Positions 1 through 12,727 of a stretch of 64,000 bases of DNA are shown here, in pieces. The notes beneath the pieces are model-generated. The model saw only the letters and a program-made list of their open reading frames with translations, made no database searches and was not told the origin of the DNA. Position 1 is the first letter of the stretch, and every line of letters starts with the position of its first letter. A program made the translations under genes and the position numbers. The stretch spans positions 5,751,319 through 5,815,318 of the forward strand of contig CM082594.2 of assembly GCA_040954595.2 (NCBI GenBank). Reading direction: 5' to 3'. Source of the DNA: Balanoglossus misakiensis. Its lineage: Eukaryota; Animalia; Hemichordata.

Positions 1-1439
1 GAACATTCCATGTATGTCTAGTTAACTGTGCTTCAAATTTACACATTTGAAATGGCTCCTGACCAAAGCTAAGCTCTGTTATAAAAGTTTAACGGCAACT
101 CCGTGAAGTTGATTTCACCAGTGGCGTTCATTTCTAACACGCCAAGCACAGCGAGCACAAGTGATGTCTCGCACAAATAGGGTCGTAAATATTAATTTGG
201 AGGGCTTTCTTGTGGTTTCGTTTCACTAGGTACCAGTCACTGACGTACTTTGTTTTGATATTGACTGTTTAATTGCCTTTGTAGTCTATGATTTATTCTC
301 TTTGGGGCGTTTTCCGAGGTGTGTCGAAGGGGCAAACTTTGAGCAAATATTAAAAAAAACGGCTAAGTTTGGCCAGCACAGGTTTGTTTGCGCGCGATAT
401 GCACTTACAGACTAGCCCACTAGTCGCTTGGTGATTTTTGGAATCTCAATACTTAGTGTGTGTTTGCGGTGATTTTTTGTCTTTATAAATAATCTCAACA
501 CTTGTCTTGAGCGTGTTTCTGGTAGTGAGGCGAGTTTCGAATTTGGGACTGAGCTCATGGTTTCGGGCAGCGTCGGTATGGGCCTACGCATGTCCTAGAC
601 ACACGCGTTGAACTCGCTGTCTTTTACTCCACACACACTACATAGGAAGACTCGGAACAATTTAAAAAAAATGTATATATTATGAAATAACGAAGCCCTT
701 AGACTTGGAGCAAGTCTAAGTCTATCTTTCTATGTTAAATTTTTGTAACCCCCTTGCATTTGGGCCGGAGGCCTTGGAACGCAATAAAACTATTCTTCTA
801 TTCTATTCTAGCTCGCTATACCAGATTAAACTGTCGGAAAATATTTGACCAGGAGCCATTTCAAATTTGTTAATTTGAAACATCAGCTTTATTTGCACTA
901 AGTTAACGAACAGATTGCATTTGTCATGGAAGGGGACGAAGCGATAGTCTTACTATGAAATGTTGAAAAAGCGGGAATGGTAAGACAGGTTTATTTAAGA
1001 AACGAATATGCTTATGACTCAATGCAAAACTGCTGTGACCGCGAAAATAAATTGTGTCTGATAATGTGGGTCTAAACAGACCAAGCCTACTACGCTGCAA
1101 ATTCTCTTGAATTGAAATTTCAACACATTGGTTTGGCCTCAAGCCGCAAGGGTTTACTGACAAGCCATACCGATTTACTTACTGAAGTAATATCGGTACC
1201 GGTTTTTCCACAAGCAAGCTAAAATCAAGCCAATTTTGAAGAAACGAAACAATCCGATTAGCGACAAACAAGCCGGTTTGATTTTGGCTTGAAATTAGCT
1301 TGTGAGTAAGTCAAAAGAATTTGCAGTGTAGTAGCTTTGTTCGTAAGATTCATTACAGGTGCTATTTTTAGGTATAATGTAATCGACGTTTTCATTTTGC
1401 TGTTTTTTTGTAGTTTTATCCCAAAGGGATATCGTATAA

Positions 1440-1640
1440 AACAAAAAAGTGATACATACTTTACAATATTCCGTCTTTTATCGATGGAAGAAAACGCCTT
1501 GGTGTTCACAAAGTAGTAAATTCCGCCTTTGACCAAGGTCTTGTTTTCTTATATGCCTAGAGAAATGGTGCGATTGGTTGTTGTCAATCACGTGCCGTAA
1601 AGAGACTGCGTATGCACACTATCTTGACCACGTGAGTCAA
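1440..1640 (-). promoter_or_regulatory. Promoter and non-coding first exon, copy 1 of the duplicated module
   Basis: Minus-strand donor AAA|GTATGT at 1459, TATAAG at ~1548-1553, gtcaatcacgtg E-box and gagactgcgtatgca. Homologous to 6640-6830 and 10680-10860. Confidence 0.55.
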
Positions 1641-1660
1641 ACATGTTGAGTCAAGTCATG

Positions 1661-2078
1661 CTAGTATCTAGCCGTATTTTTGTCCGCTTTGCTTCCAAAA
1701 ATAACGTCTAGCATCATGCATGTCACCGGCCCAATAAGTCCTTTGCTGGGAATTGTGATGTAACTAGCAGCGTGTCTTTTAAGTCAGTCAATCACGTACT
1801 TTGTTTTTCCAATGATTGGACATAGAATACACATATGTATGTGTAATTAAGGATATTTTAAATTCAAATTAGCCCTGCATTCATCATAATCTTACACTCA
1901 TTCACGATTGTTCGGTTTATGTAATTGACTTCTAGGGGGACCACAGCAAGGGGTATCAGACTCTATTGGGCCAGTGGCCGGCCAGTGGCATGCATGACGG
2001 TTTCGAAACCACGTATCGAAACCAGTGGCATGCATGACGTTTAGGAAGCAAAGTAGACAAAATATGGCTAGATACTAG
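1661..2078. mobile_element. MITE with ~60-bp imperfect terminal inverted repeats
   Basis: ctagtatctagccgtatttttgtccgctttgcttcc... at 1661 is the reverse complement of ...ggaagcaaagtagacaaaatatggctagatactag ending at 2078. The element is absent from the paralogous segment near 6820. Confidence 0.7.
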
Positions 2079-2699
2079 ACGAAACACGTTGATACATGTA
2101 TTTTTATAGCACGGGTGAATTTATTCACCTATGTGATGTCACAGGGACAGACAATTAACAAAAATATACACCCTCAACTTGTTGTCGACATTATCACTTA
2201 GTGACTTTTGAACATTCAAGATTTAGCATTGCCATGGTTGTGAGATTATGTTCTTTGAAGAGAAGTCAAAGCACAGGCTACCAAGTCATCGACGTGGAGA
2301 TCTGAATTAAACTGGATTTATACACTTATAGTATCTCTTACTCTCCTATGGCGATCTAAATAAAACTGACTTCACAAACTGCCTCTGAGTCTTTACTTAA
2401 CATGCACCCACTTGTCAATGACTACTGTCAAGACACGTATCGAAACCTATCGTTTGCCCCAATACTTGACCTTTTAGCAAAATATATATACTTCGGAAAT
2501 TCCCGTTTTGTCCACCAAAATTTTTTATGGCTCTGTTTCGACACGTTTACGAGTCTTTGAAACCTCTCTATACGGTGATAGCGACCGTATGTTTTGTTTT
2601 GTTTTATCTCATAAATTCTTGTTTTTATCGACAAGTGTTTTACAAGCTTAGATAAGTTTTCTATCCGGTCTTAACATGCATGTCCGGTTAACTTAGTGC

Positions 2700-4450
2700 A
2701 AATGCAACTGATGCTTCAACTGAACAAATGTGACATGGCTCCCGGCCAAACGTTCATCCAGTATATTTTCATCCCGTAAACGCAAAGAAACAATCATGGA
2801 AATTGTAAATCGTGACAGTGAACTATCCACTGATCCTGATGTTGTTATAAACAGATGGAGGGACGATTTCGCAAGCCTGTTCAGTGCAAACGATCCAGTG
2901 TCACAGAATGACCCCGAAGAATTCTGTTTTGACGATGACCACCTGCATGCAATAATTAGTGAGCAAACTGAAAGACTATGACGCGGAGTATGATAATACA
3001 TGTATGACCTCTCACCCCACATCACGGAAGAGCTGAATCAACCAATCACTGTTGCCGAAACGGCCAAAGCGATCCAGTTAGAAAAAAATGGCAAATCACC
3101 TGGCTTAGATAACATACACAATAAAATACTCGAGAACAATGCCTCCATCAGGCTAATCACCTACTACTTGTATCGTGTTTTGAATCAGGAATTGTACCAA
3201 GCGTCTGGCGTCAGGGACTGATTCGACCAATCCCCAAAAGTGGAAACAAAGACAGACGTGTTCCACTGAATTACAGAGGAATTGCTTTGATATCATGTGT
3301 ATTTTAAGATATTCACCTCAATACTTAACACTCGCCTGCTAAATTGGTTTGAGAAACGCGGAAAGCTTGTGGACGGGCAGAATGGTTTTCGGAGACTGAG
3401 ATTTTGCATTCTGTCATTGCAAATAGACTTCACAGAGGACAATCGACATTTGCGTGTTTCATTGATATGAGAAAAGCATTTGACCGAGTGGAAAGAAATT
3501 GTCTATGGCAAAGTTGACCGAGTGTGGAGTTACCGGTAATTTTTTATCAATTTTGAGATCACTGTACACCAATGTTACATGTATGGTTCGAGTTAATAAT
3601 TATTTGACTGGCAAATTTCCCGTGGACATTGGGGTCAAACAGGGTGATAACCTCTCCCCAACACTCACACAGAAATCAAAGAAACAGGTGTTGGAGTTGC
3701 CGTTGGCGAAGATACAGTTAACATATTGCTCTATGCAGACGACATAGTTTTACTAGCTGATACCGAGGAAAACTTACAACACCTGCTGGATATTGTTCAC
3801 AACTATTGTAGAAAATGGAGACTGCGCCTGAGTAAAGAAAAAACTCTAGTAATGCACTTTAGAAATCAGAATACGCCATGCACACCCTTCTGTTTCCACT
3901 GTGGACCTATGCCATACCTGTAGGCGTCACGACAAAATAAAACTATTTTGGAATTTTCTTTAGTGAGCATTTAGACACAAATGTTACAACATTCGACCTT
4001 GCTGAATCAGCGTCTAGATTGGAGTCATTATTGCAAAAAACCAACTGTATGGAGGAATGTCATACCAGATGTACACCAAGTTTTTTTTATTCGTTTGTTG
4101 TTCCGATTATTGATTATGCATCAGCTGTTTGGCATAAAAGCTTGGTGAAAATGTTGACAATGTACAACATAGAGCGATGCGTTCTTCCCTTGGAGTTGGG
4201 GTAGCCAGTCCTGTTATGGTGACATGGGCTGGGTGCCGAGTGATTATGCAGTGATTATCGACGTAAAATACGGTCATGTCGAAGAGAGAAAATGTTTATT
4301 TTGTAACGATAACACTGTGGAAGACGAGCTTCATTTCATCTTTAATTGTAGTCTTTATGATTACATTAGAAAACAATTTCCAGACACTCCAGATGATGTG
4401 CCGCTTCGCGAGAGATTGTTGAACTTGTTTTCTGATAAAAGGTATTCTCT
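2700..4450 (+). mobile_element. Degraded non-LTR retrotransposon (LINE) ORF2: reverse transcriptase plus C-terminal Zn-knuckle, possibly RTE-X-like
   Basis: Frameshifted fragments carry KSPGLDNI, NYRGIAL, QNGFR, IDMRKAFDRV, GVKQGDNLSP, LYADDIVLLA and CLFCNDNTVEDELHFIFNC, with several stops and frameshifts. Confidence 0.9.
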
Positions 4451-4717
4451 AAATTGCAACTTTCAATCCCTGATTCTCGCTTTAGTTGGTTCTCCTTCTA
4501 GTCACACATTGCATTATATGGGGGGTCACACAGGGACCATAAAGATGTTTCTGAAACGTCTCAGGTCAAATTCATACACTATTATGTGTGGACGGTTAAA
4601 ACACGAAACACCCCTACATAAAAAGCGGACTATGCAAATGTAAAAAAGTCAGGCTACTGGCAAGACGTATACAGTGTGTTCTCCCGGATTTCCAGAAATT
4701 CACCGCGTTTATCGCTT

Positions 4718-5430
4718 TCATTAGGGATCCAAGCCCCCATGGGCGGGGCCCATATTGGTATTACTACAGATTCTTCTTCTATGTCTTCTTGTGTAATTTT
4801 TTTCTCATCCTACGACTTGAAAACGATTCAATGTACGCATGTCAAACTTGGCACAGTTGAAGGGGCCATTGAGTAGTCATGCACCGGATCCTTGAATGTT
4901 TAATAAGTCACGTGACATGGCGGCCATGTTGGATTTCCCGAAAGACATGAAATCTCAGATCTCAGGAACTGCTGGGCTGAGTGCTTTCATATTTGGTGTG
5001 AAGCTAACCTACATTCTGCCTACCACTTTAAGCGAAAAAGCGCCTTACGTTAACACATTGTTTTGCTACAATTTTTTTCCTGAAATAAGACTACAATTTC
5101 AAAAGTCTTTCACTCCACAACCAGCAATTACCAAGATGTGGGATTACGAGTATGTGTTCTCCTAACTTAAGTTTGATTGGTCGCGCCATATGGCGGCCAT
5201 ATTGGATTTTCTAAAAATTGACCAAATCTATAACAAGCAACTTCTCCATTAGCAAAGGGCTGATTAAACTGAAACTTTGTTAACAGCATTGTGTGGATGA
5301 GAAGTATAAAGAGTGTTGACAAAATTCTAAAAAGTCAACAAATACGGCCGCCATGTTGGATTGTTGTTCATCTCATTAATTATGCAAATGAGGATGTTAA
5401 GCTTAAATATTCACAGCAAAAAAGTTCTTT
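4718..5430 (+). mobile_element. Non-autonomous Helentron/DINE-1-like (HINE) element fragment
   Basis: Starts ttagggatccaagccccc...gggcggggcccatattg followed by a (ttc)n-like tract. Repeated internal atggcggccatnttggatt-like motifs occur at ~4917, ~5190 and ~5345. Confidence 0.5.
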
Positions 5431-6639
5431 TTATGCAATTGTGTAATCATATGACCAGAAATTGATAGAATTTTTGGGGCAATGTTTGGATGACCTTTTA
5501 CCTATTTTCTGCGCACCTTTGATTTGATTGACGTACAGAGCAGTTGATTCTCGCGTCCAGGCTTGGTGTCCGCCCTTGCTGTTTTTATAGACACAACGAT
5601 AGAAGCATCTGGAAATACGCACCGGTCTAAATACCATTCTCGCCATATAGAAAGTTGTAAAAATATCTTTTTATGATAAAATAATAATTATTCTTTAAAA
5701 ACGCCATTTCCCGCTAGGCTCACTAGCGTGATAAAAAAGGGATGACTACATTAATAGTACGAGAATTCGTACAAGCAACACGACGAGCCCCTTTTTATTG
5801 AATGAGGTCGGGTAAGCGCCAATCGCCATATTGCATACTTGGAAAAATGGACGCCGTATGACGTCACCTCTTATATAAATTCAAGCTCATAAAAGATTAG
5901 CAATGTCATCTTGGATAATTTTTACCTTAGTTTTTTTTTTCAAACCTTTTGAAAAACTTGGTAGTATATCTGGAAACTTTTATCCATTTCGTTTAATTTA
6001 CGACCGCACGTTCACCATTGTCCGCAAAACCAAGAGGCCGAACTTTGCTCCTTTAAGCAACATATTGATTGTTACTTGATAAATCCCCGATTTTCCCCCA
6101 TTTTTCATGACTCACCGTTTTGAGGCGTTTACGATTCTCATAAACCTTTGCACGATCGTGACAACAAGTATTATCTAATAAATTCCATACATGTACTGAC
6201 AGGTGTTTTAGAAGACTGGTTTTGTGTCTAGACATACCATACACACCTACTAAACTCAGTGCATATACAGCAGATGTTTCAAATTTACAAATTTGAAATG
6301 GCTCCTGGTCAGAAGTTATTCAACATATAAATCTCGCGAGCTACGCCCGTAAACATATTATTACATTTTAATGGCAACGTTGTGAAATGAATTTTACCGG
6401 CGACTTTCATTTCTAACATTTGTGGTTCAGTTTCATGACGTCAGAGTCAACAGATTGAAGTTGTCATGGAGAGTGGCGAACAGACAATCTAATAATATGG
6501 GTCTAAATAGATCAAGTCCAGTTTTGATTTTAAGATTCTTTTACAGGTGGTGTTTCAGGAATGTATTCGATTTTATATTGTTGATTTTTGTAGCTTGAAA
6601 TTGAGGTTAACCCAATATCCCGGATATAGTAAAACAAAA

Positions 6640-6830
6640 CAAGTGAAACATACCTGACAATGTTTCGTCTTTTTTCGATGGAAGAGCAAACGCTTGGTGT
6701 TCACAAAGGAGAGGGGAGTGAATGCTGTCCTTGATCAATGTGGTCTTTCTTATATAGGAAAATGATGCAATTATTGTCAATCACGTGACGTAGAGACTGC
6801 CCATGCACCACTTGGGTTTACCACGTTGAT
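6640..6830 (-). promoter_or_regulatory. Promoter and non-coding first exon, copy 2
   Basis: Donor CAG|GTATGT at 6653, TATATAAG at ~6749-6756, gtcaatcacgtgacgt (E-box/CRE). Confidence 0.55.
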
Positions 6831-7657
6831 ACATGTAGTTGTGTACATGTTGTATCCCACAGAAACAGACCAATAACAAAATAATACCCGCTCAACTTGT
6901 TTGTGACATAGGTGTTTAGAGAAATATTAACATTCAAGATTTAGTCCTGCTATGTTTGTGAGATTTATAAGAGTGGTGACCTGGCTTCAGGTTGAAAGTA
7001 CACCACTAAAACAATGACATGGCTGCAACCACACACATAACACATAATTCTTGTTCTGACCTGGTGCAGTACTCCGGCTGCGCTATGCTAAACGGATGTG
7101 GTCCGGTATGCGCCAATCGCCATATTGCTTATAGGCACAATGGACGCCGTTTGACGTTATAAATCCAATGCAAATTTGCCAGACATTTCCATGTCAGACT
7201 AGTTTTATGTGTTAACTGTTTTCCCACAAATGACATTTTTATCCATTATTGTGAATTTCGAATAATCTCGTGCATGAAATATATATTCACATGCTGTTAA
7301 AGTTTTTTGGAAAAAATATAACTCTGACAGGGTTATAGTGATGTTAAATGGAGTTTATTTCAAAGTGAAATCAATATATTTCTTTAGATATAAAGCTCAT
7401 GAATATCATACAAATTTAAATGATTATTTCGTGTTGTTTAACTATAACATTTCATGTATATTAATAAAGCCAAATTAAGCTTACAATTAAATAAAGCAAC
7501 GTCAACTCTCGTCGATTGTACGCTGATGTCGCCAGCTTTCGCGCTGGTCCATGCAGTGAAAGAGTTTCGTCAATTAGTGTCAAATTTTAAAAAGTTCATC
7601 AATTTTTTACTGTAACATAATAAAGAAAACTCTGCGAAAACATTCTGACTAAGCATA

Positions 7658-9050
7658 TTGTTCTGGTTGTTATATACAAAATTACATGTTCAAATTCAAT
7701 TTTGATCGCAAGACAAACCAAATTGTTCTGGTTGTTATATATAAAAATACATGTTCAAAATTCAATTTTGATCGCAAGACAAACCAAATTGTTCTGGTTG
7801 TTATATACAAAATTACATGTTCAAAATTCAATTTTGATCGCAAGACAAACCAAATTGTTCTGGTTGTTATATATAAAATTACATGTCAAAAAATCAAATT
7901 TTGATCGCAAGACAAACCAAATTGTTCTGGTTGTTATAAATAAAATTACATGTCAAAAAATCAAATTTTGATCGCAAGACAAACCAAATTGTTCTGGTTG
8001 TTATATATAAAATTACATGTCAAAAAATCAAATTTTGATCGCAAGACAAACCAAATTGTTCTGGTTGTTATATATAAAATTACATGTCAAAAAATCAAAT
8101 TTTGATCGCAAGACAAACCAAATTGTTCTGGTTGTTATATATAAAATTACCTGTCAAAAAATCAAATTTTGATCGCAAGACAAACCAAATTGTTCTGGTT
8201 GTTATATATAAAATTACATGTCAAAAAATCAAATTTTGATCGAAAGACAAACCAAATTGTTCTGGTTGTTATATATAAAATTACATGTCAAAAAATCAAA
8301 TTTTGATCGCAAGACAAACCAAATTGTTCTGGTTGTTATATATAAAATTACATGTCAAAAAATCAAATTTTGATCGCAAGACAAACCAAATTGTTCTGGT
8401 TGTTATATATAAAATTACATGTCAAAAAATCAAATTTTGATCGAAAGACAAACCAAATTGTTCTGGTTGTTATATATAAAATTACATGTCAAAAAATCAA
8501 ATTTTGATCGCAAGACAAACCAAATTGTTCTGGTTGTTATATATAAAATTACATGTCAAAAAATCAAATTTTGATCGCAAGACAAACCAAGTTCTTCTGG
8601 TGGGTACACATAAAATTTCATGCCCAAAATTCAAATTTTGATCTCAAGAACAAGCAGATTGTTCTGGAGGTTACACATTAAATAACATGTCAACATTTCA
8701 AATTTTTAGCGCAAGACAAACCAAGTTCTACTGGTGCTTACACAAAAGTTACATGCCAAAATTAAAATTTCGATCACAAAACAAACCAAATTGTTCTGAC
8801 GGTGACACAAAAATTACATTTCAAAAATTCAAATTTTGATCTCAAGAACAAGCCTGATTGTTCTGGAGCTTACACATTAAATAACATGTCAACATTTCAA
8901 GTTTTGATCACAATACAAACCTAGCAAGTTATTCTGGTGGCTACACATAAATTTACATGTCAAAAATTTTGATCACAAGACAAACCAATTGTTCTGGTTG
9001 TTACTCACAAATTAACATGTCAACATTTCGAAATGTGATCGCATGACAAA
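7658..9050. repeat. Minisatellite, 66-67 bp unit, about 21 copies
   Basis: tgatcgcaagacaaaccaaattgttctggttgttatatataaaattacatgtcaaaaaatcaaattt recurs at 7703, 7769, 7835, 7902, 7969, 8036, 8103 and onward. Units are homogeneous to ~8590 and diverged beyond. Confidence 0.97.
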
Positions 9051-9385
9051 ATTTCACACTTACATCACTGGCACGGCAATTTCAGCGAACAATGATTGTC
9101 GTAGTAGTGTAGAATGCATTAATTTTTCTCTATAATTCAATTTGTATGACAGCATGTAGCTCACAAAACCAAGTACCATGCTACAAGAATCGGATTCGAG
9201 CATATATTCGTCAGCGCGAAAGAGATGAGTTTAAAAGAAAATTATCCAAAATAATTAAACAGCTTAAAATAACCATCCAATACACACAGTTTTTGACTTT
9301 GTAGATCATAAATGCTTTTTCGGTTTGATTGGAGTCTGGAATTTTTACACGTGGAGTTAAAACGTCACTGGTTCTAGGGTGTATT

Positions 9386-9489
9386 TCATTTTTTAGAATC
9401 GATGTGAAAATTGTTATTAAACGTCTGCCGAATAGAAATACCACCACCACCACCACCACCAGTAGCATCATCATCATGATCATCATCAT

Positions 9490-9537
<48 letters not shown>

Positions 9538-9937
9538 AAGCACTATCACTATCAAAATCATCATCATCACCACCACCACCACCGCCGCCGCCGCATTTCT
9601 TATCCTTCTGTTTGCGTTTTGCCTGTAGCAATTTTAAATCATCAAGTGCACTTTGTAACTTGTTTTCGACTTTTTGAATGATATAATCCGTGTCACTAGT
9701 ATTTGTGACATGTTCAATCAAGTCCTTACGTGGGATCTTCTCAAGGACTTTTCGAACGACCTGTTCAAGTTTACTGGGTTCAACGTGACTTATGAGGAGG
9801 TGTACTACGTCGTCGACGTCTTCCGCTTGATCAAGCTCTCCAGCAGGTATGTCGTGTTTTGTCAAGTAAAATTTCGCTCTTTTAAATTCCTTTTTTCTTA
9901 ATTTATTAAATATGGTCAATAATTGGGTCTCATCCAT
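9386..9937 (-). CDS. Small death-fold protein (DED/PYD-like N-terminus) with a Gly/Asp low-complexity tail, 183 aa
   Basis: Kozak aaaccATGG and an acceptor cctttag at 9973. The six-helix death-fold pattern LLTIFNKLRKKEFKRAKFYL..IPAGELDQ..VVHLL..VVRKVLEKIPRKDL includes the DED RxDL motif. Confidence 0.75.
9440..9592. repeat. Compound (CAC)n/(CAT)n/(CGC)n microsatellite inside the coding exon
   Basis: Directly visible; encodes poly-Gly/poly-Asp on the minus strand. Confidence 0.95.
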
Positions 9938-10679
9938 GGTTTAGTTTTCGTAATTGTTGTCTGTCGACAAACCTAAAGGACAAAGTACAGAACCTTGTTA
10001 AACACAAGAAGTACACTGGAAAAAATCAGTAATTTCACAACACAGATTTCACGTACACTTGTGTTCATAGATTCAAAATTAAACTATGCCAAGTTTCAGA
10101 AGTTTGTAAAACATTTAGTTATATCTTCTCAAATGATTCTTTTCAAAATCTATGAACATTTCGTAAAAACGTGATTCATGTTTAGAAATTCCTGATAGTA
10201 TAGAGTTAAAATAATTATCAAATTTGAAATGGCTCCTCGACTCGGCAAAAGATTGTATAGCGCTCGAGCTAAGACCTTGATCTGTTTAACATTCTAATTA
10301 TGACTCCGTGAAATGAAACTGCAGACACAGCGAGCACAAGTTTCGCACACAAGACCATAAATAAATCGACCCGTTTACTTTTAGTTCAGTTACACAGTCA
10401 ACGGATTGCATTTTTTATGCATGGAAAGGGTCGACACGTCGAAAAACATAGGAACGGGTTATGTAAGAAACAAATGTGCGTGTGACTCAAAGAAAATTTA
10501 TGTAACACCGAACAATAAAATTGTATCTAATAATAAGCGTATGTTTTGTTCTTAAGATTACATTACATGTGCTATATTTAGATATGATCCATGATACTAG
10601 TATGATGTAATCCGAAATGTTGCTGTTTGTTGTAGTTTGAAATTAAGGTTAACATAATATTCCGGATAATTTTTAAACG

Positions 10680-10860
10680 AAAATGAAACATACCTCACCT
10701 GATAAAATTCCGTCTATTTTCAATGGAAGAACAAAGCCTTGATGTTCACAAAGGAGAGGGTCAATGTTGCCCTTGATCGATGTGCCCGGGAAAATGGCGA
10801 ATGTGATGTGGGTGTTGTCAATCACGTGATACGTACAGAGACTGCGCATGTCGACCCTAT
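10680..10860 (-). promoter_or_regulatory. Promoter and non-coding first exon, copy 3 (likely drives the death-fold gene)
   Basis: Tandem donors CAG|GTGAG|GTATGT at 10698/10693, gtcaatcacgtg E-box and gagactgcgcatg (NRF1-like). Confidence 0.6.
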
Positions 10861-12727
10861 GCGGGTCAGGATGAAAGTACGCAACTAAAACATTACCATA
10901 CCGGGCGCATTCAAAAATACATGTAATTCAGAAATAGCCTGTTTAATTTATAGCCGTTCTGGTCCCCTGCTCCATTGTTACCGCTGGCTGCGCTATGCTT
11001 GCGAATGGGGTCCAGTACGCGCCAATGGCACATTGCCTGGATACAAGGCAAAATGGACGCAGTATGACGTCACCACCATTCAAAACGACTGCCAAATTAA
11101 AAAAAATGCACATTTGCTAGACATTTCCAATGACAGACTAGCTTGATGTGTTTTCACGTAAATGACTTTTAAACTCCGATAATTCCATACAAAAATATCA
11201 ACACGTATATTCACGTGCTATTATAAAGTGGTGGAAGACATTATGACGCAAGGTTACAAAGATGTAACAGTTTATTTTAAATACGACAAAATAAATTGCG
11301 TTAATATATTCCTTTAGATATACACCTCAATTCCTATGATAGATATCAATGAAACCCGAACCTCGAATAATTGACCATAAAAACAATGGCTGCAAACTGC
11401 AGAAATAAAATGTCGTTGAGCGACTTATTGTGAATACTCTACAAATAATGCAAGCCAGCTACAAAGGAATCTATGCTAGCATAAAGATTATATACCAGCC
11501 TGGCTTATAATACAAAGTTGTTTTTCTGACTATAACGTTTTGAAAGTTTCTCTCATATCCCGGTACCATAAATGTTCTTTTCCAATGGAAATTTGCCAAA
11601 GACAGCAGTTGAATCACATTGGATTCAAAGCGGTCTGTATCTGTTACAATGCCTGAAAACAGCATGACCAATAAAACATAAATTCGACATGTTATTCGTG
11701 TAGTCTGTGTAGACCAAGTTGCTGAACAACAGTACATTAAACCAGATGAAAACTATTTAAATAAGCTTACAATTTAAGTAAGTAACGTCAACTCTCGTCG
11801 ATTGATCGCTGGTTTTAATGCATCGCGTCCAGTGAAGGAATTGCATCTATTAGCGGTGGTAAAAATTTAGCATTCACGCAGCGACGTAACTGTAGATTTT
11901 TGCAAGCACACCATCGACTGTCGAATTTCAAAAAAATCGCTAATTTATTGTTTTGCTCAATGTAAAGTAATAACGAAATCTCTGCGAAGACACTCGAGCT
12001 CTGAAATGAAAACGAATAAAAAGTAAAAAATGTTCAGATTTTCTATTTAATCAAAGCATGCATCATAAAATTCGGAGTAATGCTTAACACAGATTATCAG
12101 ATCAAGCTTTCTAATTAATGTATTCACGTCACTACTATTATTATAACTTGTTATAATATTTACAATATTTTTTCAAAATTAATTATTCGTTGATCGCAAA
12201 ACCAATCGAATTGTTCTGGTTGTTACATATAAAATCAGCCCACATGTCAACATTTCAAATATCCCACAAAAATAATTTCTGCGTACAATGATTGTCATAT
12301 TATAATTTAGTGTACTCTGTCTGATTCTCTCTGAGAGAATGGAGAATGATGTGGAAATGTGACTTGGGGAGTCGAACAAGAAACGGTTATGGTAGCCAAA
12401 GAAGGCTGAAAGGTAGATTATGGGATTTTAATTCCCTATGAAATGTATTTGATTTGATAGGGACGGGTAATAATTACAGCAATTTTGACATAGAATAAAA
12501 TTCACTTCGATCAGGCACCATCAAAATGAGTAAAATCAGTTCTGTGATATGCAATGGATGCAATAATTACACGCATTTTGAAATCGAATAAAATAAAATC
12601 GGTCAGGCACCAATATGGAAAAAATGTATATGCTTCCGGCCAGAAGTTCACATTCTTTCAATTTTTTAGTTAACTTAATAAGCTTGCTGAACGATTTCGG
12701 CCTGTATAATATCTGTCAGCTATTTTC

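Noticed and set aside
7686-7971. Repetitive ORFs
   Set aside because: Translation of 66-bp minisatellite units; the frame is lost once units become 67 bp.
9211-9628. Poly-Met and poly-Ile hydrophobic ORFs
   Set aside because: Alternative-frame and antisense readings of the (CAT)n microsatellite.
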